Under the pieces are notes generated by a model that was not told the DNA's origin, did no database searches, and was given only the letters and a program-made list of their open reading frames with translations. The position numbers were made by a program, and so were the translations under genes. Below, in pieces: positions 32,626 through 43,000 of a stretch of 64,000 nucleotides of DNA (position 1 is its first letter; each line of letters opens with the position of its first letter). Origin of the DNA: Savitreella phatthalungensis (Eukaryota); NCBI GenBank assembly GCA_051599415.1, contig AP039692.1, positions 558,001 through 622,000 of the forward strand, given 5' to 3'.

Positions 32626-33489
32626 CTACAGGATGTACGGAATGATAGCCTTGCGGTCTTTCGGGTAGTCCTTGAACTCCTTGATGTATCTGCGGTGTTT
32701 CTTGAATGCCCACTGAGTCATCTGCGCGAAGCCGAGGAGTGCGAAAGCCCAGCATGACCACGCATTAGTAATGAGAGCGACAGCAACCCAGGACGCAACC
32801 TCGAACGTGTAATTAGGGCATGAGACCATATCGAACCCAAAGCCTCGCGGAATCCTGCGCTCACGCGTGCCAGGCGGCCTTAGATCCCTGAGGATCTTGT
32901 GTGTGCGCCAATTGGCGAGCTCGGAGAACACCCACAGGAGGACCTGGTACCTCGGGAACTTGTAGGTCTCTTGGGCAAACTGTGGACTGTACGTCGTCGC
33001 TGCGAGGAGTGCGCCACCGACGATCCAGTAGTACGCGCAGTTCTTGAACAAGTTCGAGAGCGGCATCGTGTCTGCAGAGAACCTGTGGACGAACAAGGTC
33101 TCGTACTCGCGCTTGAGGAAGTGCAAGACAACCATACCTAGCGTCATCCACTGCCCAGACGAGTGCTCCCTGTAGATCGCAAAGATGAGCGGGTGCAAGA
33201 TCAACGGCCCAGCGTACTCCGCCACAAACACACCACGCCACGAGATCTGTGGACCGAGATCCTTCACCAGCAAGTGAACATCCCCGGAAACCTTGTCGTC
33301 CAATCCAAGCACCTTCCCATCCTTCTGCCCAGTGAACCGCAACCGGCTAGCTCCCAATCCAGTCTTGCCACTCACAAGCTCAGCAACCTCACGACCGCTA
33401 GCTCCCTCATACGTCGACACGGACGAAGGCAATCGTGCAATCTTCTTCCCTTTCGGACTCAGTGACACAGTCACCATTGTCGACACCAT
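32626..33489 (-). CDS. TSC13: Very-long-chain enoyl-CoA reductase
   Basis: VKDLGPQISWR.VF..EYAGP, HFLKREYETLFVHRFS..TMP, VSCPNY.FE. Confidence 0.95.
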   Translation of the reverse strand: MVSTMVTVSLSPKGKKIARLPSSVSTYEGASGREVAELVSGKTGLGASRLRFTGQKDGKVLGLDDKVSGDVHLLVKDLGPQISWRGVFVAEYAGPLILHPLIFAIYREHSSGQWMTLGMVVLHFLKREYETLFVHRFSADTMPLSNLFKNCAYYWIVGGALLAATTYSPQFAQETYKFPRYQVLLWVFSELANWRTHKILRDLRPPGTRERRIPRGFGFDMVSCPNYTFEVASWVAVALITNAWSCWAFALLGFAQMTQWAFKKHRRYIKEFKDYPKDRKAIIPYIL

Positions 33490-33821
33490 CCTTGCTGCAC
33501 AGCCGTTCGACGATGTTTTATGAGAGAGAGTGCACGGAGTGTGCTCGTTGTCTTTGAGCTAGGCGGACGCGTGTGGGTGGGTGGGTGTGCGTGGTGTGGA
33601 GGGGGTTGGGGGAATGATGTTGGATATCGATATTGAATTACCGATCATCCGAGTTGTCGTTCAATTACGCCCACGCACGCACGGAATTTCTGTCCGAGGA
33701 AACAAGAAAATCACATGCACGATCGATCGAGCTTACCGACAGATCACGTGTAATACTCAATCAGACCACCCTCCATTAAACCAGTCACACTCATCATCAG
33801 CTGGAAGTTGAAGGATTGTCG

Positions 33822-34892
33822 CTATGATTCTCTACGCTTGCACTGCTTCTGACTTGGTAATTTCCGAGTTCCAAGTGGTGTCGAGGATGTGATGGGTGTT
33901 GGGAATGTGGGTAAAGCACTCACAGGCGTGGTGTAGTGTGGCGTTGAGGGTGTTACAATCGAAGACATCGACTTGAGCTGATCAACGACAGCGCTCGGCG
34001 TGACACCTTTAGTTGGAGAAATAGTTGATGCTAGGAGATTCATTGCTCGAGTACTGTTCTCCTCGATCGGCGTTTGCTTTGGTGTCCAAGAGGTCATTGA
34101 TTTGAGTGTGTAGTCCTCATATGATCCCACGTTTGCAAGCGTGGCCGTGGCTCCTGCATCAGCTCCCGTCATCTGCCAGTAGTCAATCTGCTCTAGCCAG
34201 ACACTACCACCTGTCTTCACGGTTGCATACGTGGTCATGAAGAACTTCGATGTCTTTTGAGCGGCGTTGAGAAGCGGCTGCTGCTGACCAATGTCGATGT
34301 AGTCGACCTTGTTGACTGACCACTGGAATCTCACTTGTGCCGCCATCACATCACACACTACGCGTACCCGCATCGGTCCTCCAGTCCGGCAGTTATCGAC
34401 CACTTCAGAGTCATTCCCGGAAAATTGGCCCCCGACCACATCGACGTTGTTGTGCACAACCACAGGTATCGTACCATTCTTCTTGACAAATCCCACCCAG
34501 CCGAGCGTATCCTGCCACATGCCAGCCACCGCACGATCACCTTCAGTCATGTGGGTCGTACCGACTTTGACGATGGTGTTGGAGATGCCTGCTGGGGAAG
34601 CTGGCCTGAGGAGGATGTTTTCCGCTTGGAATAAGACTGCGTCGGTGATGGGAGACTTGCCAGTGCTCATCATGTTCCCCGTGCCCATGATGAGATACGC
34701 AGCTTCGAAGGTGTCCGGCTTGAACGAGAAGTCCGGGTTAAAATCAGTCGAGTGGAACATATCCGTCCAGCTTCCATCTGCCACCTCGTGATCGCCACCC
34801 CAGCCCGCAAGCGCAACATGCGTAATGAGTGGCAGCAGGAATGGCCAAAGGTAAAACGAGTACATCAGCGAAAAATGTGGTAGTCTCCTCAT
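33822..34892 (-). CDS. Secreted protein with a stand-alone GH43 beta-xylosidase C-terminal (ConA-like, GH43_C2) domain and S/T/P-rich tail
   Basis: Signal-peptide-like N-terminus (ATG at 34892 or 34865); WTDMF, LFQAENILLR, MTEGDRA..., FQWSVN...DIG, YATVKTGGSV resemble the fungal GH43 C-terminal domain. Confidence 0.65.
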   Translation of the reverse strand: MRRLPHFSLMYSFYLWPFLLPLITHVALAGWGGDHEVADGSWTDMFHSTDFNPDFSFKPDTFEAAYLIMGTGNMMSTGKSPITDAVLFQAENILLRPASPAGISNTIVKVGTTHMTEGDRAVAGMWQDTLGWVGFVKKNGTIPVVVHNNVDVVGGQFSGNDSEVVDNCRTGGPMRVRVVCDVMAAQVRFQWSVNKVDYIDIGQQQPLLNAAQKTSKFFMTTYATVKTGGSVWLEQIDYWQMTGADAGATATLANVGSYEDYTLKSMTSWTPKQTPIEENSTRAMNLLASTISPTKGVTPSAVVDQLKSMSSIVTPSTPHYTTPVSALPTFPTPITSSTPLGTRKLPSQKQCKRRES

Positions 34893-35678
34893 CGTTCGTT
34901 CACGCCTAAATGATATAGCTAGCAAGGTGAGTGGTGAGTAAGTGATTGCCTCATCCCCCCCACGGCGACCGATAGTCCATTTACTCGACACTCTGCGAAC
35001 GTCTACACTTCATCTCGTGGCCACCATACAGACATCTTGCACAAGTCAAGACGAATTCCGCTTCTTCCATTGAGATTCGAGGTAGATATGAGCCTGAGGG
35101 ACTGACTAAGGCCGATGATAAGAGTTCCTGGTGCAAGAAAAGCTCAACAGTCTGCACGTGCATCTTGTGGATGGAAAGATTATTTGAAGGTTGCTGATTG
35201 GACAATTACAATCTGACGGAATTTAGATTGGACCGTTGAGATTACGCTTCAAATAGATTGACCCCGCCTTTTGGATTCTCTTTTTCTTTTCCTTCGGTCA
35301 AACTGAGCAAGATTGCAACCCTTACCAAGTCCTCGATCCTCTTCCTTACAGTCGCCCGCGCTACAGCTGCGAGAGCGAGGCTAGCAGGTAGCCGGGAAGC
35401 GAGTGTGAGGAGCACCAGCACAAACGCCTGCACCACTTTCGGTACCAGGCAGGCACTCGACTGACCCGCGTTCTCGGGAGTATTCACTTCGCTAAGGACA
35501 GAAAGTCCCGTACACCAGCTTCCTCCGTCTACATTCCTTCCTGCCTCTCTTACTCCCACACACTTGCTGACCCGAAAGAGCGGGGACATTGCTCAGGGAC
35601 ACTCTTATATCATCATCGTCCGTTACGCGACTTGATCTTCACATACCGCCTGCCGTCTACACGTAACGGCAAACAAGC

Positions 35679-37301
35679 ATGGTAGCTGACCTGGAAAAGG
35701 CAGCGGGCCTGCCGCATGTCTCATACACAAGTCCTCGGCGAGATTCAGACGAGTTCAGTATCAGGTCTGCCGAGCACGATGAGATGGATGCCGGCGACGA
35801 TGAAGCACGGAAGTTACTGGTCGCTGCGATCGAGCGTGTAGCCACGCCGGAGCCATCCTCCATACCACCTCCAGGTGGTCTGTCCGAGGCTCGGGCGTCG
35901 TCACGGTGGATGGATGGCGTGCGCGGGATGGCGGCGTGCCTGGTGTACTGGCAGCATGCGTCGCAGATCGGTGCGCTCCATGCGCAGCCGTACATCGAGG
36001 GTGGGTTTGGTTGGGAGGGTCGACACCAGCTGCTGTCCCTGCCGTTCCTCAGATTCCTCCCTGCGAGCGCCCACGCCATGGTCCCGCTCTTCTTCGTCCT
36101 CGGTGGGTATGGGCTGTCGAAGCGGCCGATTGGTGCGATGCACCGGGCTGACTACGCAGCCGTCGGCAAGATCGTCAGCTCGGGCCTCTTCAAGAGACCC
36201 TTCAGGCTTTATGTCCCGTTCGTCGTCATCACAGTCTGCTTCTACGCATTCCTCCATATCACCAACTGGACGCAACAGGTTCCAGGACTCTCACGCATGG
36301 AATCCTTCCCAGCAGAGCTCCGCGCAATTCTGTCACACATGCTAGGCTGGTCATTCATCGGCAGACCGAGAGAGCTCGCATGGGATTGGTATCCGCGCAA
36401 CTTCCCGGGATGGACGCTGCCAAGGGAGCTCCAGGGGAGCGTGTACCTGTACATTACGCTGATGCTGACGATGGCGTTTGCGCCGGGCGTCAGGATGGCT
36501 GCCTTTGCACTGACGATCTGGTACTTTGGCAGGGAGCAGTGGTGGCACGTCGTGTGCTTCTGCATGGGTGGTCTCATCTGCGAGCTCGAGATGGTCACGC
36601 AGACAGGTCGACTAAAGTGGCCGAGTATCATCACCAAGTACAGGCAGCATCTAGCATGGGCGCTCCTCCTCCTCTCGATCTTCCTCGCAGGACAGCCGTG
36701 CACGGGCAAGCAGGAGCACCTCGAGCGCGACAAGGTCTGGAAATTCCTGTTGGACCGGATGCCCTTCGGCTGGCGGATCGGGGACGCCGGACAATGGCGA
36801 TGGTATTGGCTCATGTACTCTGCTTCTGGTATGGTGATCGCCCTGATGAATCTGCCTGTGCTCCGGCGGTTCTTCGAGCGCGACACACTCCAGTGGCTTG
36901 GCAGACACTCCTTCTCCCTCTACCTCGTTCACGGCGAGGTGCTCGTGACCTTTGGCCGCGTTGCCTTCCAGGCAGTCGGCTCCAGCGCTACCTTCACAGA
37001 GGACCTCGCCTGGTGGCAGGACCGTCTGAAGCTGCCTGACTGGGGTATCGCTGGACTCACGATCGACTATCTAGCAGCCCAATGGCTGTTCTGCATCCCG
37101 CTTACACTCGCCCTCACAGTCCTTGCACACAGGTACATCGAGCAGCCAGCCGTCAGAGCCACAGACGCTCTGTACCAGACAATCTGCTCCACAGCCTGGC
37201 TTCAGGACAAACAAGATGACGACCACGACACTGCACACGGCAACAGGACACGTGCAACTCCAGGTTCCCCCTTGCCACTCTACCGCGAGCGCGAGGCATA
37301 G
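35679..37301 (+). CDS. Acyltransferase_3 (OafA-like) multi-pass membrane acyltransferase
   Basis: WMDGVRGMAA, VPLFFVLGGY.LS, KRPFRLYVP, WTLPRELQGS, WLGRHSFSLYLVHG, RYIEQPA. Confidence 0.9.
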   Translation: MVADLEKAAGLPHVSYTSPRRDSDEFSIRSAEHDEMDAGDDEARKLLVAAIERVATPEPSSIPPPGGLSEARASSRWMDGVRGMAACLVYWQHASQIGALHAQPYIEGGFGWEGRHQLLSLPFLRFLPASAHAMVPLFFVLGGYGLSKRPIGAMHRADYAAVGKIVSSGLFKRPFRLYVPFVVITVCFYAFLHITNWTQQVPGLSRMESFPAELRAILSHMLGWSFIGRPRELAWDWYPRNFPGWTLPRELQGSVYLYITLMLTMAFAPGVRMAAFALTIWYFGREQWWHVVCFCMGGLICELEMVTQTGRLKWPSIITKYRQHLAWALLLLSIFLAGQPCTGKQEHLERDKVWKFLLDRMPFGWRIGDAGQWRWYWLMYSASGMVIALMNLPVLRRFFERDTLQWLGRHSFSLYLVHGEVLVTFGRVAFQAVGSSATFTEDLAWWQDRLKLPDWGIAGLTIDYLAAQWLFCIPLTLALTVLAHRYIEQPAVRATDALYQTICSTAWLQDKQDDDHDTAHGNRTRATPGSPLPLYREREA

Positions 37302-37432
37302 ACCACGGCAGAGCAGAGCAGAGCATAGCACTGTGACTGGACTGGACCGATATGATGTACGTTGTTGTAGACGAATGATTACCTCATGAAAAAGTGTGAT
37401 GCCATTACTCTGCGTTTCTAACCAGCGCCTGC

Positions 37433-38170
37433 CTAAACGATGCTTTCAAGCTCTCTCGCATACCCTAATGTCTGGGTGATCAGTCTGCTCTTGGCGTCTT
37501 CCTCTTCCTGTGTGGTGAGGCCGTCTAGCTGCATGGCTGCCGCCTGAGCATCTGTGGTGGTCGTGGACGTTGCGGATGGGGAGGTTTTGGGGAAAATGAC
37601 GCGACCGTCACGAACAGACCAGCCGCGCTCGTGCGCGTACTTCTCCGTCTCCTTCGTCGTCGGCAGCAGCAGCAAGGTCGACAAATTCACCAGAGGTAGT
37701 GACGTGTAGCTCGCACTGCAGCAATCCGCAATCTCAGCTCGAATGGCAAGTCTCATGGCGTCTGTGTGGTGGGCGAACGCGGCTGCTGCTTCCGATGTTG
37801 GTGGAGATGATAGCAGTTTTCTGACATCGTGGTAGGATCCCTCTGTGAGGCCCTGCTCGATCTGGACGACCCATTGAACCGGCGCTGAGGCGAGAGTAGC
37901 TTCCGGAAGCGACTCGACGTCCGAGTGGAAGCTCGCCAGGTTGCTTTCGCTAAGCAGGATCAACAGGTGTAGGGCGACGATTGTGTCACGTGTCTTTGAA
38001 GGCTTTTGCGGCGCGCCATTCCGATACAACGGCAGGAGCTGGGAGTAGCTCTTCTGGAACGACACTGCATCGCCAGACTTGCAAGCGTCCAGAGCCGATT
38101 TCTCAAGCAAGCGGATCAGCGTCGGTGTATCTCCATTCTCATAAGCGGCTAGCAGACTGGATGAAGTCAT
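37433..38170 (-). CDS. RPN12: 26S proteasome lid subunit Rpn12 (PCI, CSN8/PSD8/eIF3K family)
   Basis: LILLSESNLASFHSDVE, IEQGLTEGSY, IRAEIADC...Y.SL, C-terminal LGYARELESIV. First ATG at 38170; start uncertain. Confidence 0.9.
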   Translation of the reverse strand: MTSSSLLAAYENGDTPTLIRLLEKSALDACKSGDAVSFQKSYSQLLPLYRNGAPQKPSKTRDTIVALHLLILLSESNLASFHSDVESLPEATLASAPVQWVVQIEQGLTEGSYHDVRKLLSSPPTSEAAAAFAHHTDAMRLAIRAEIADCCSASYTSLPLVNLSTLLLLPTTKETEKYAHERGWSVRDGRVIFPKTSPSATSTTTTDAQAAAMQLDGLTTQEEEDAKSRLITQTLGYARELESIV

Positions 38171-38657
38171 TCTTGACTGGTGTGAGTGGCGAGCTTGATA
38201 CACAGACAGACTCAAAATGCTAGGGAGAATCGAGTTAGGGACCAGAAGAAGGTTGAGAAGGTGTAGAAAGTATGAAGATGAGGAGGATGAGGAGGGTGAG
38301 GTGTGTTTGTGTGTGTTGATATGATGTGGTTGTAGTGTCTGTGCCGCGCGTCATTTGAGCTGAAGTCACGTGTATAATTTCCAGAGTTGAGTACACGTGA
38401 TTGTTTAGGTTGAATGCATGAAATTTGCAAAAGAAATGCAAATTCAGGTTTAGTGTGCACGGTTACACTTGCACTCACTATAACAAGGGCTCTGACGACA
38501 TCCTCAACCTCTTCACACACCTTTATAATCTGCCGTCACACCCAGGACGCCACCAGAACTACTCCAAGCCCTTTGACCTGGTCGCTAATCTATCAAGTAT
38601 CAGTCACTCGCTTTTGGGCGGAAACAGACGACTAATTATCGAGCTATATTACCAAAG

Positions 38658-39302
38658 ATGGACATGTCGTCCCTGTCCTCACACCTGCCGCCTTCCCACC
38701 GGCGGCGGCAACAACAGCAGCAGCAACAGCAAGGCGGCGCTCCTGGATCCTTGAACGGTGGGAGACCGATTGCTCGCGCTCGACCTTGCACACGCACTCG
38801 CACGTCTTCCACGCAGACGACGTCCCCGCTCTCCCCCTCGACGCCATCGTCCGCGCGCGCAGAGGCCGATCTGACAAAGGCGTTCAAGCATGCCGCACTC
38901 TCACTCACCACGCTCTACAAGGCGTCCCAGCGATCGCGCAGGGAAGGATACTTGGACTGCCTGGACGAGCTGTATGATCGGTTTCTGAGCGGTGGGGTTG
39001 CGGGTGATGAGAGTGACGATGTCCGGACTGTGACTGAGGTTGACGTGAAGCGGCTGGTGCAGTATGTGAGTGAGAATCGGCGAGCTGCGTACATGGCTGC
39101 TGTCGAGGAGGATGAGGAGGATGAGGATGGGGAGGGTGAGGATGAGGGCGGTGAGGAGGAGGATGATGTGGAAGGGATGACGGAATCCATTGTCACCGAG
39201 ACACCCTCCACACCACGTAACCCTAAGCGTCAGACACAGACCCCAATCACAGACATACCACCACACCACAATGACCATCACAAACGACACCGGTTCACGT
39301 AA
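38658..39302 (+). CDS. Conserved hypothetical protein, YJR056C/HAPSTR1(C16orf72)-like
   Basis: LTKAFKHAALSLTTLYK...GYLDCLDEL, acidic tract, C-terminal basic HKRHRF. Confidence 0.55.
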   Translation: MDMSSLSSHLPPSHRRRQQQQQQQQGGAPGSLNGGRPIARARPCTRTRTSSTQTTSPLSPSTPSSARAEADLTKAFKHAALSLTTLYKASQRSRREGYLDCLDELYDRFLSGGVAGDESDDVRTVTEVDVKRLVQYVSENRRAAYMAAVEEDEEDEDGEGEDEGGEEEDDVEGMTESIVTETPSTPRNPKRQTQTPITDIPPHHNDHHKRHRFT

Positions 39303-39394
39303 AATACACTTCCATCACTACCTTCACGTACTTAGCACGACCTTAATCCAAGACTGATGAGCATGCATGTATGATTGTACAATTTGCCTTATTG

Positions 39395-40921
39395 TCACTT
39401 GGCGATCACGTGGACAGTGCCTAGGGCTGCTAGCCTGTCGAGGATGATTCTGGGCGGTAGTGCAGTGGCTGCTGCCATCGCGTCTAGGGACACTTGACCT
39501 GTGCTGGCGAGTGCTGCTAGGTGTGCAGTGACTGTGGCTTGGTCTGCTGCCTTATTGGCGTGCAGGTCGAGATCCAGGAGTGCATCCATATCCGCAAGCA
39601 CACGCCGACCACCTGATGGAGACGGCTCGCGCGACCGGACGCGCTCGCCAGCGTTGTTGTAGACGAGCAGTGGGTACTGGTGAATCCGGTAGATCACACC
39701 TTTGATGATCCCATACGAGATAAGTCGCCTGACGTCGACACCTTCCAACGGGTCGTCCTCGCCCAGGTCTGCCGGTGTGGATGTACCGGTGTCTGTGTGG
39801 TGGTCGGCTGGAGGTCGTCGCTTTCGCTTTCGACGAGCGTGGTCTCTTAATTTCAGGATCCACTGGGCGATGGTGGCGTCTGGCCTGAGTGATCCGTAGA
39901 GGAAGAGAATTTTGGCAAAGTCCTTTGGCGGGTGGTGGGCTGCTGCGACGTAGTGCCGGCACTCGTCTCGACCGTGCGGGTCGGCAGCCAGTTTGGCAAG
40001 GTCAGGCGTCGGCGCGTACCGGCCACCGAACTGGAACATGTCCGTCAGCGTCACACACCCACCGTACACCAGGTGGCGGACGGACGAGCAGGCGACGCGG
40101 ACGTCAACGTCCGCCCGAGCCGCAATCCGCGCCACACTCGACACACCATCCACAAATGGAATCACCCGCTGGAGTGAGAGATCCCAGTTGGTGGAGCACA
40201 GCTCCCGCAGTCGGACTGTCGGCACGGGCACGTCTGCGTGTGTTACTTCTGGCGGTGGGTCTGGGTATTTGGGGAAGAGCTTGAGGTTCAGGGTGACTTC
40301 GTCGTCGACGATTGGTATCATGCACTCGCAGTAGTTGTTCAGGTCCTCGAGCACCTGTTCGATTACCTGGTACACCGTCTCGCGCCCGTGCTCGTTCGAA
40401 AGTAGTCCTTTGAGCTCTTCCATCGCACGGAGCGTCACCGCCAGCCGCCTTACCACAGGGATATACGAAGACACGTCATCCGTCTCGTGGAATGCGACAC
40501 AGCAGTTGAAGATGAATGCATTGCGTTCGTAGTGTTCTCCTGTGACGGCGATCGGGTGACCTAGGATCCGTTTGCCCGCGTGGCAGACGGCGATTGATCG
40601 ACCACACAGGCCGTGCTTTGGGATTAGGTACTCTGAGACGGCATCGAAATTGATGGCGCATGAGGTGCCGTTGCTGTTGTTTGTGCTGGCGAGTGGGATT
40701 GGATCCCATGTCGGCTGGGCGTTCGAGGCGCTGAGACTCTCAGGACTCATCAGAGCGGGACTCTGCGCAGGGACTGAGTCTGTCCCTTTGGTTGGAAACC
40801 CGACAAAGCCGTCTGGGATCTGGAACAACACTGTGGGTCCTGCTTTTGGGTGGAAGATGCAGAGAAAGGCCGCGAGCATGCGCGGGAATGAAGGTTCATC
40901 GAGATCATGGCGCATACTCAT
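39395..40921 (-). CDS. NPR2: GATOR1/SEACIT subunit Npr2
   Basis: FHPKAGP...Q.P, YLIPK..LC, YERNAFIFN, QVIEQVLEDLNNYCECMIPI, WDLSL.RVIPFVDGV. Confidence 0.95.
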   Translation of the reverse strand: MSMRHDLDEPSFPRMLAAFLCIFHPKAGPTVLFQIPDGFVGFPTKGTDSVPAQSPALMSPESLSASNAQPTWDPIPLASTNNSNGTSCAINFDAVSEYLIPKHGLCGRSIAVCHAGKRILGHPIAVTGEHYERNAFIFNCCVAFHETDDVSSYIPVVRRLAVTLRAMEELKGLLSNEHGRETVYQVIEQVLEDLNNYCECMIPIVDDEVTLNLKLFPKYPDPPPEVTHADVPVPTVRLRELCSTNWDLSLQRVIPFVDGVSSVARIAARADVDVRVACSSVRHLVYGGCVTLTDMFQFGGRYAPTPDLAKLAADPHGRDECRHYVAAAHHPPKDFAKILFLYGSLRPDATIAQWILKLRDHARRKRKRRPPADHHTDTGTSTPADLGEDDPLEGVDVRRLISYGIIKGVIYRIHQYPLLVYNNAGERVRSREPSPSGGRRVLADMDALLDLDLHANKAADQATVTAHLAALASTGQVSLDAMAAATALPPRIILDRLAALGTVHVIAK

Positions 40922-41209
40922 AGCAGCTCAATGAACGTCCTCGCCGCACCTCATAATCAGGTATCCATAGTTGTATGCCTCAAGGGAAGCAGAGCTTCCT
41001 GACTAGCTGATGTATTACTGCTTGCATGTTCTCCACATTTTACCCGTCCTTGTACCCGTGCTTGGCACAGCGTAATTTCAGCGAGCATGTTGACATACAT
41101 GGAATAGAATGCACGGAAAATTATCCACCTTGAGTCTACCTTAAATCTACTCTATTCTACTATACTCTATTGCATGAAGATATCCTACTTGTGGTCGCGT
41201 CGGCGCTCT

Positions 41210-43000
41210 TCAGAGCTTCGCGGTGGCATGTTGTGCCGTCAAAAGGGCTTTGAGGATATCGTGGTCTTCTGGGGCTAGTGTTTCTCGCATGTAGGTATCG
41301 ATGCCTTTGAATTCAGGATCGTTTGCTAGGATTGAGAGTGTTCGCCTTAGTGTGTCTGCTGAGCTGCCCTTGCCTGCGTCTTTGAGATCTTCCTGGTCGT
41401 TTTCGTTCTCGTTCTCGGGGTCTTGCTGTACGATGGCGTGACCGACTTTGGCTTGGCCGCGCGGGTCAGCGTTGAGGCCGTAGGTCGTCAGCTCGTACTC
41501 TCTCGCCACTGTCTCTTCCGAAACGCCAGCGAACAGAAGGAACAGCATGCTAAGGACACCTGTGCGGTCCTTGCCTGCAGAGCAGTGGATCAGGACTCCT
41601 CTGCCGCCAAGACCACCGCGGGTGAGGATGCCGCTGCCGCTATCGCTTGTTGCTGTCGCACCGGGTTGCAGACGCGCTTTCTGCGCGAGAACATGGCCAA
41701 TTTCGCGAACGACAGGACGGCAATGACGGAGGATGGAACGATATGCGTTGACCATGCCGTCTTCGCGCTTTCGTGGGGATGGACTCTTGTGGCCGAAGAA
41801 CTTGGCCATGCCTGCGGGCGAGTAGTCGACCTTCTTGAAGATCGGCACGTGCCTGCGGGTGACGGTCGACGGCAGGAGGACGCGGTCGGAGACGGAGGCC
41901 GTGTAGGCTGGACCGACGTCGCCATTCAATGAGACTTCCGGATCCGAGCGGATGTCGATGATGGTGTCGACGAGCATGCCTAGTTGTGCAGCACCGGCCT
42001 TGGTCAGGTCCGACAGGTCTGCTGACCTGTACAGCCAACCGAGAGGAAATTTGCCCGCGTAGCCGCCGACGTCACGCAGGTTTGTCATGCCGTCGATGGG
42101 GATGAAGCGTGGCGATGGAAGGAGTCTATGTCTGTCGAGGAACCTGAGCCGGGAGGCTTCGTCGGAGAGATAGTCTGCGATGATGGTGGCGACGTGGTCG
42201 TTGCGGTTGACTCGCTTCGGGTGGCGTGGCGGATCAGGCTGGATAAAGAAGTTGTGGTCTGCGTCGTCGACGATGAAGACCGAGCACTGTTCTCTCAACT
42301 CGTTCACAAACATGCCGCAATCCGAAACAGGCACAACAACATCCCTCGACCCAAACACACAGCACACCTCCTGCTCGCTCGACAGCCGACTCCGTAGACC
42401 GACCATTTCCTGCTGACCTACGCTCTCGATCTCGCTCATGAGCGTCCACTTGTCTACGAGTGCTCCCCCTGGTCCTGCGCGCTGCTTCTCGAAGTATCCT
42501 GTTGCGGATGGGTCGAAGTTTGGCCTGTTTCTGACTTTGTCGAGGATCAGATGTCCCCTGAATCTGCCTGAGCAGTTGACGACTGTCGGGATCGAGTGGT
42601 CGATGGTGGCGTACCTGAGGCAGACGACGCCGCCTCGTGAGTGACCTACGAGCGCAGCCACCTGGTACCCTTCAGATCGAACCCACCTCATGATCGTCGC
42701 AAGGTCGATCAAGTCGCTCTCGATCACCCGCGGGATCTCGGAAGATTCCTCGCCAGCGGGAGTGCCTTGGCCAAGCTGGTACCCACATCCCGAGAAGTCG
42801 AAGCGGATTGAAGCGATCGGAAGTGTGTGTGCGAGAGAGCGTTGGTAGCAGTAGTCTCTGTGACCTGCGTGGCCGTGAACGATGACGACGATGCGTTTTG
42901 AGGGAGGTGCATCTGTTGGGATATGGAGTGTAGCGCCTAGTTCTTTGATGGCGGGGAAGTACTTGTTTGTCGACGGTATCGTAATTTCCGTATCTGTCAT
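41210..43000 (-). CDS. Fusion of alpha/beta-hydrolase (esterase) and tyrosine phosphatase (Y_phosphatase3/MptpB-like), with C-terminal AKL
   Basis: HGHAGH, RFDFSGCG, GHSRGG, GSRDVVVP, DADHNF; then NLRDVGGY, LYRSAD, IIDIRS, IHCSAGKDRTG, EYELT. First ATG at 43000. Confidence 0.88.
   Translation of the reverse strand: MTDTEITIPSTNKYFPAIKELGATLHIPTDAPPSKRIVVIVHGHAGHRDYCYQRSLAHTLPIASIRFDFSGCGYQLGQGTPAGEESSEIPRVIESDLIDLATIMRWVRSEGYQVAALVGHSRGGVVCLRYATIDHSIPTVVNCSGRFRGHLILDKVRNRPNFDPSATGYFEKQRAGPGGALVDKWTLMSEIESVGQQEMVGLRSRLSSEQEVCCVFGSRDVVVPVSDCGMFVNELREQCSVFIVDDADHNFFIQPDPPRHPKRVNRNDHVATIIADYLSDEASRLRFLDRHRLLPSPRFIPIDGMTNLRDVGGYAGKFPLGWLYRSADLSDLTKAGAAQLGMLVDTIIDIRSDPEVSLNGDVGPAYTASVSDRVLLPSTVTRRHVPIFKKVDYSPAGMAKFFGHKSPSPRKREDGMVNAYRSILRHCRPVVREIGHVLAQKARLQPGATATSDSGSGILTRGGLGGRGVLIHCSAGKDRTGVLSMLFLLFAGVSEETVAREYELTTYGLNADPRGQAKVGHAIVQQDPENENENDQEDLKDAGKGSSADTLRRTLSILANDPEFKGIDTYMRETLAPEDHDILKALLTAQHATAKL

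Noticed and set aside
35495..35600. GAAAGTCCC ... CGGGGAC resembling RNase MRP P4 strands
   Set aside because: Spacing is too short, the intervening sequence is a CT-rich promoter-like tract, and there is no CR-V consensus.
1..37301. A secondary-metabolite cluster joining the NRPS, MBOAT, aminotransferase and acyltransferase
   Set aside because: These genes are interspersed with unrelated housekeeping genes; no coherent pathway is evident.
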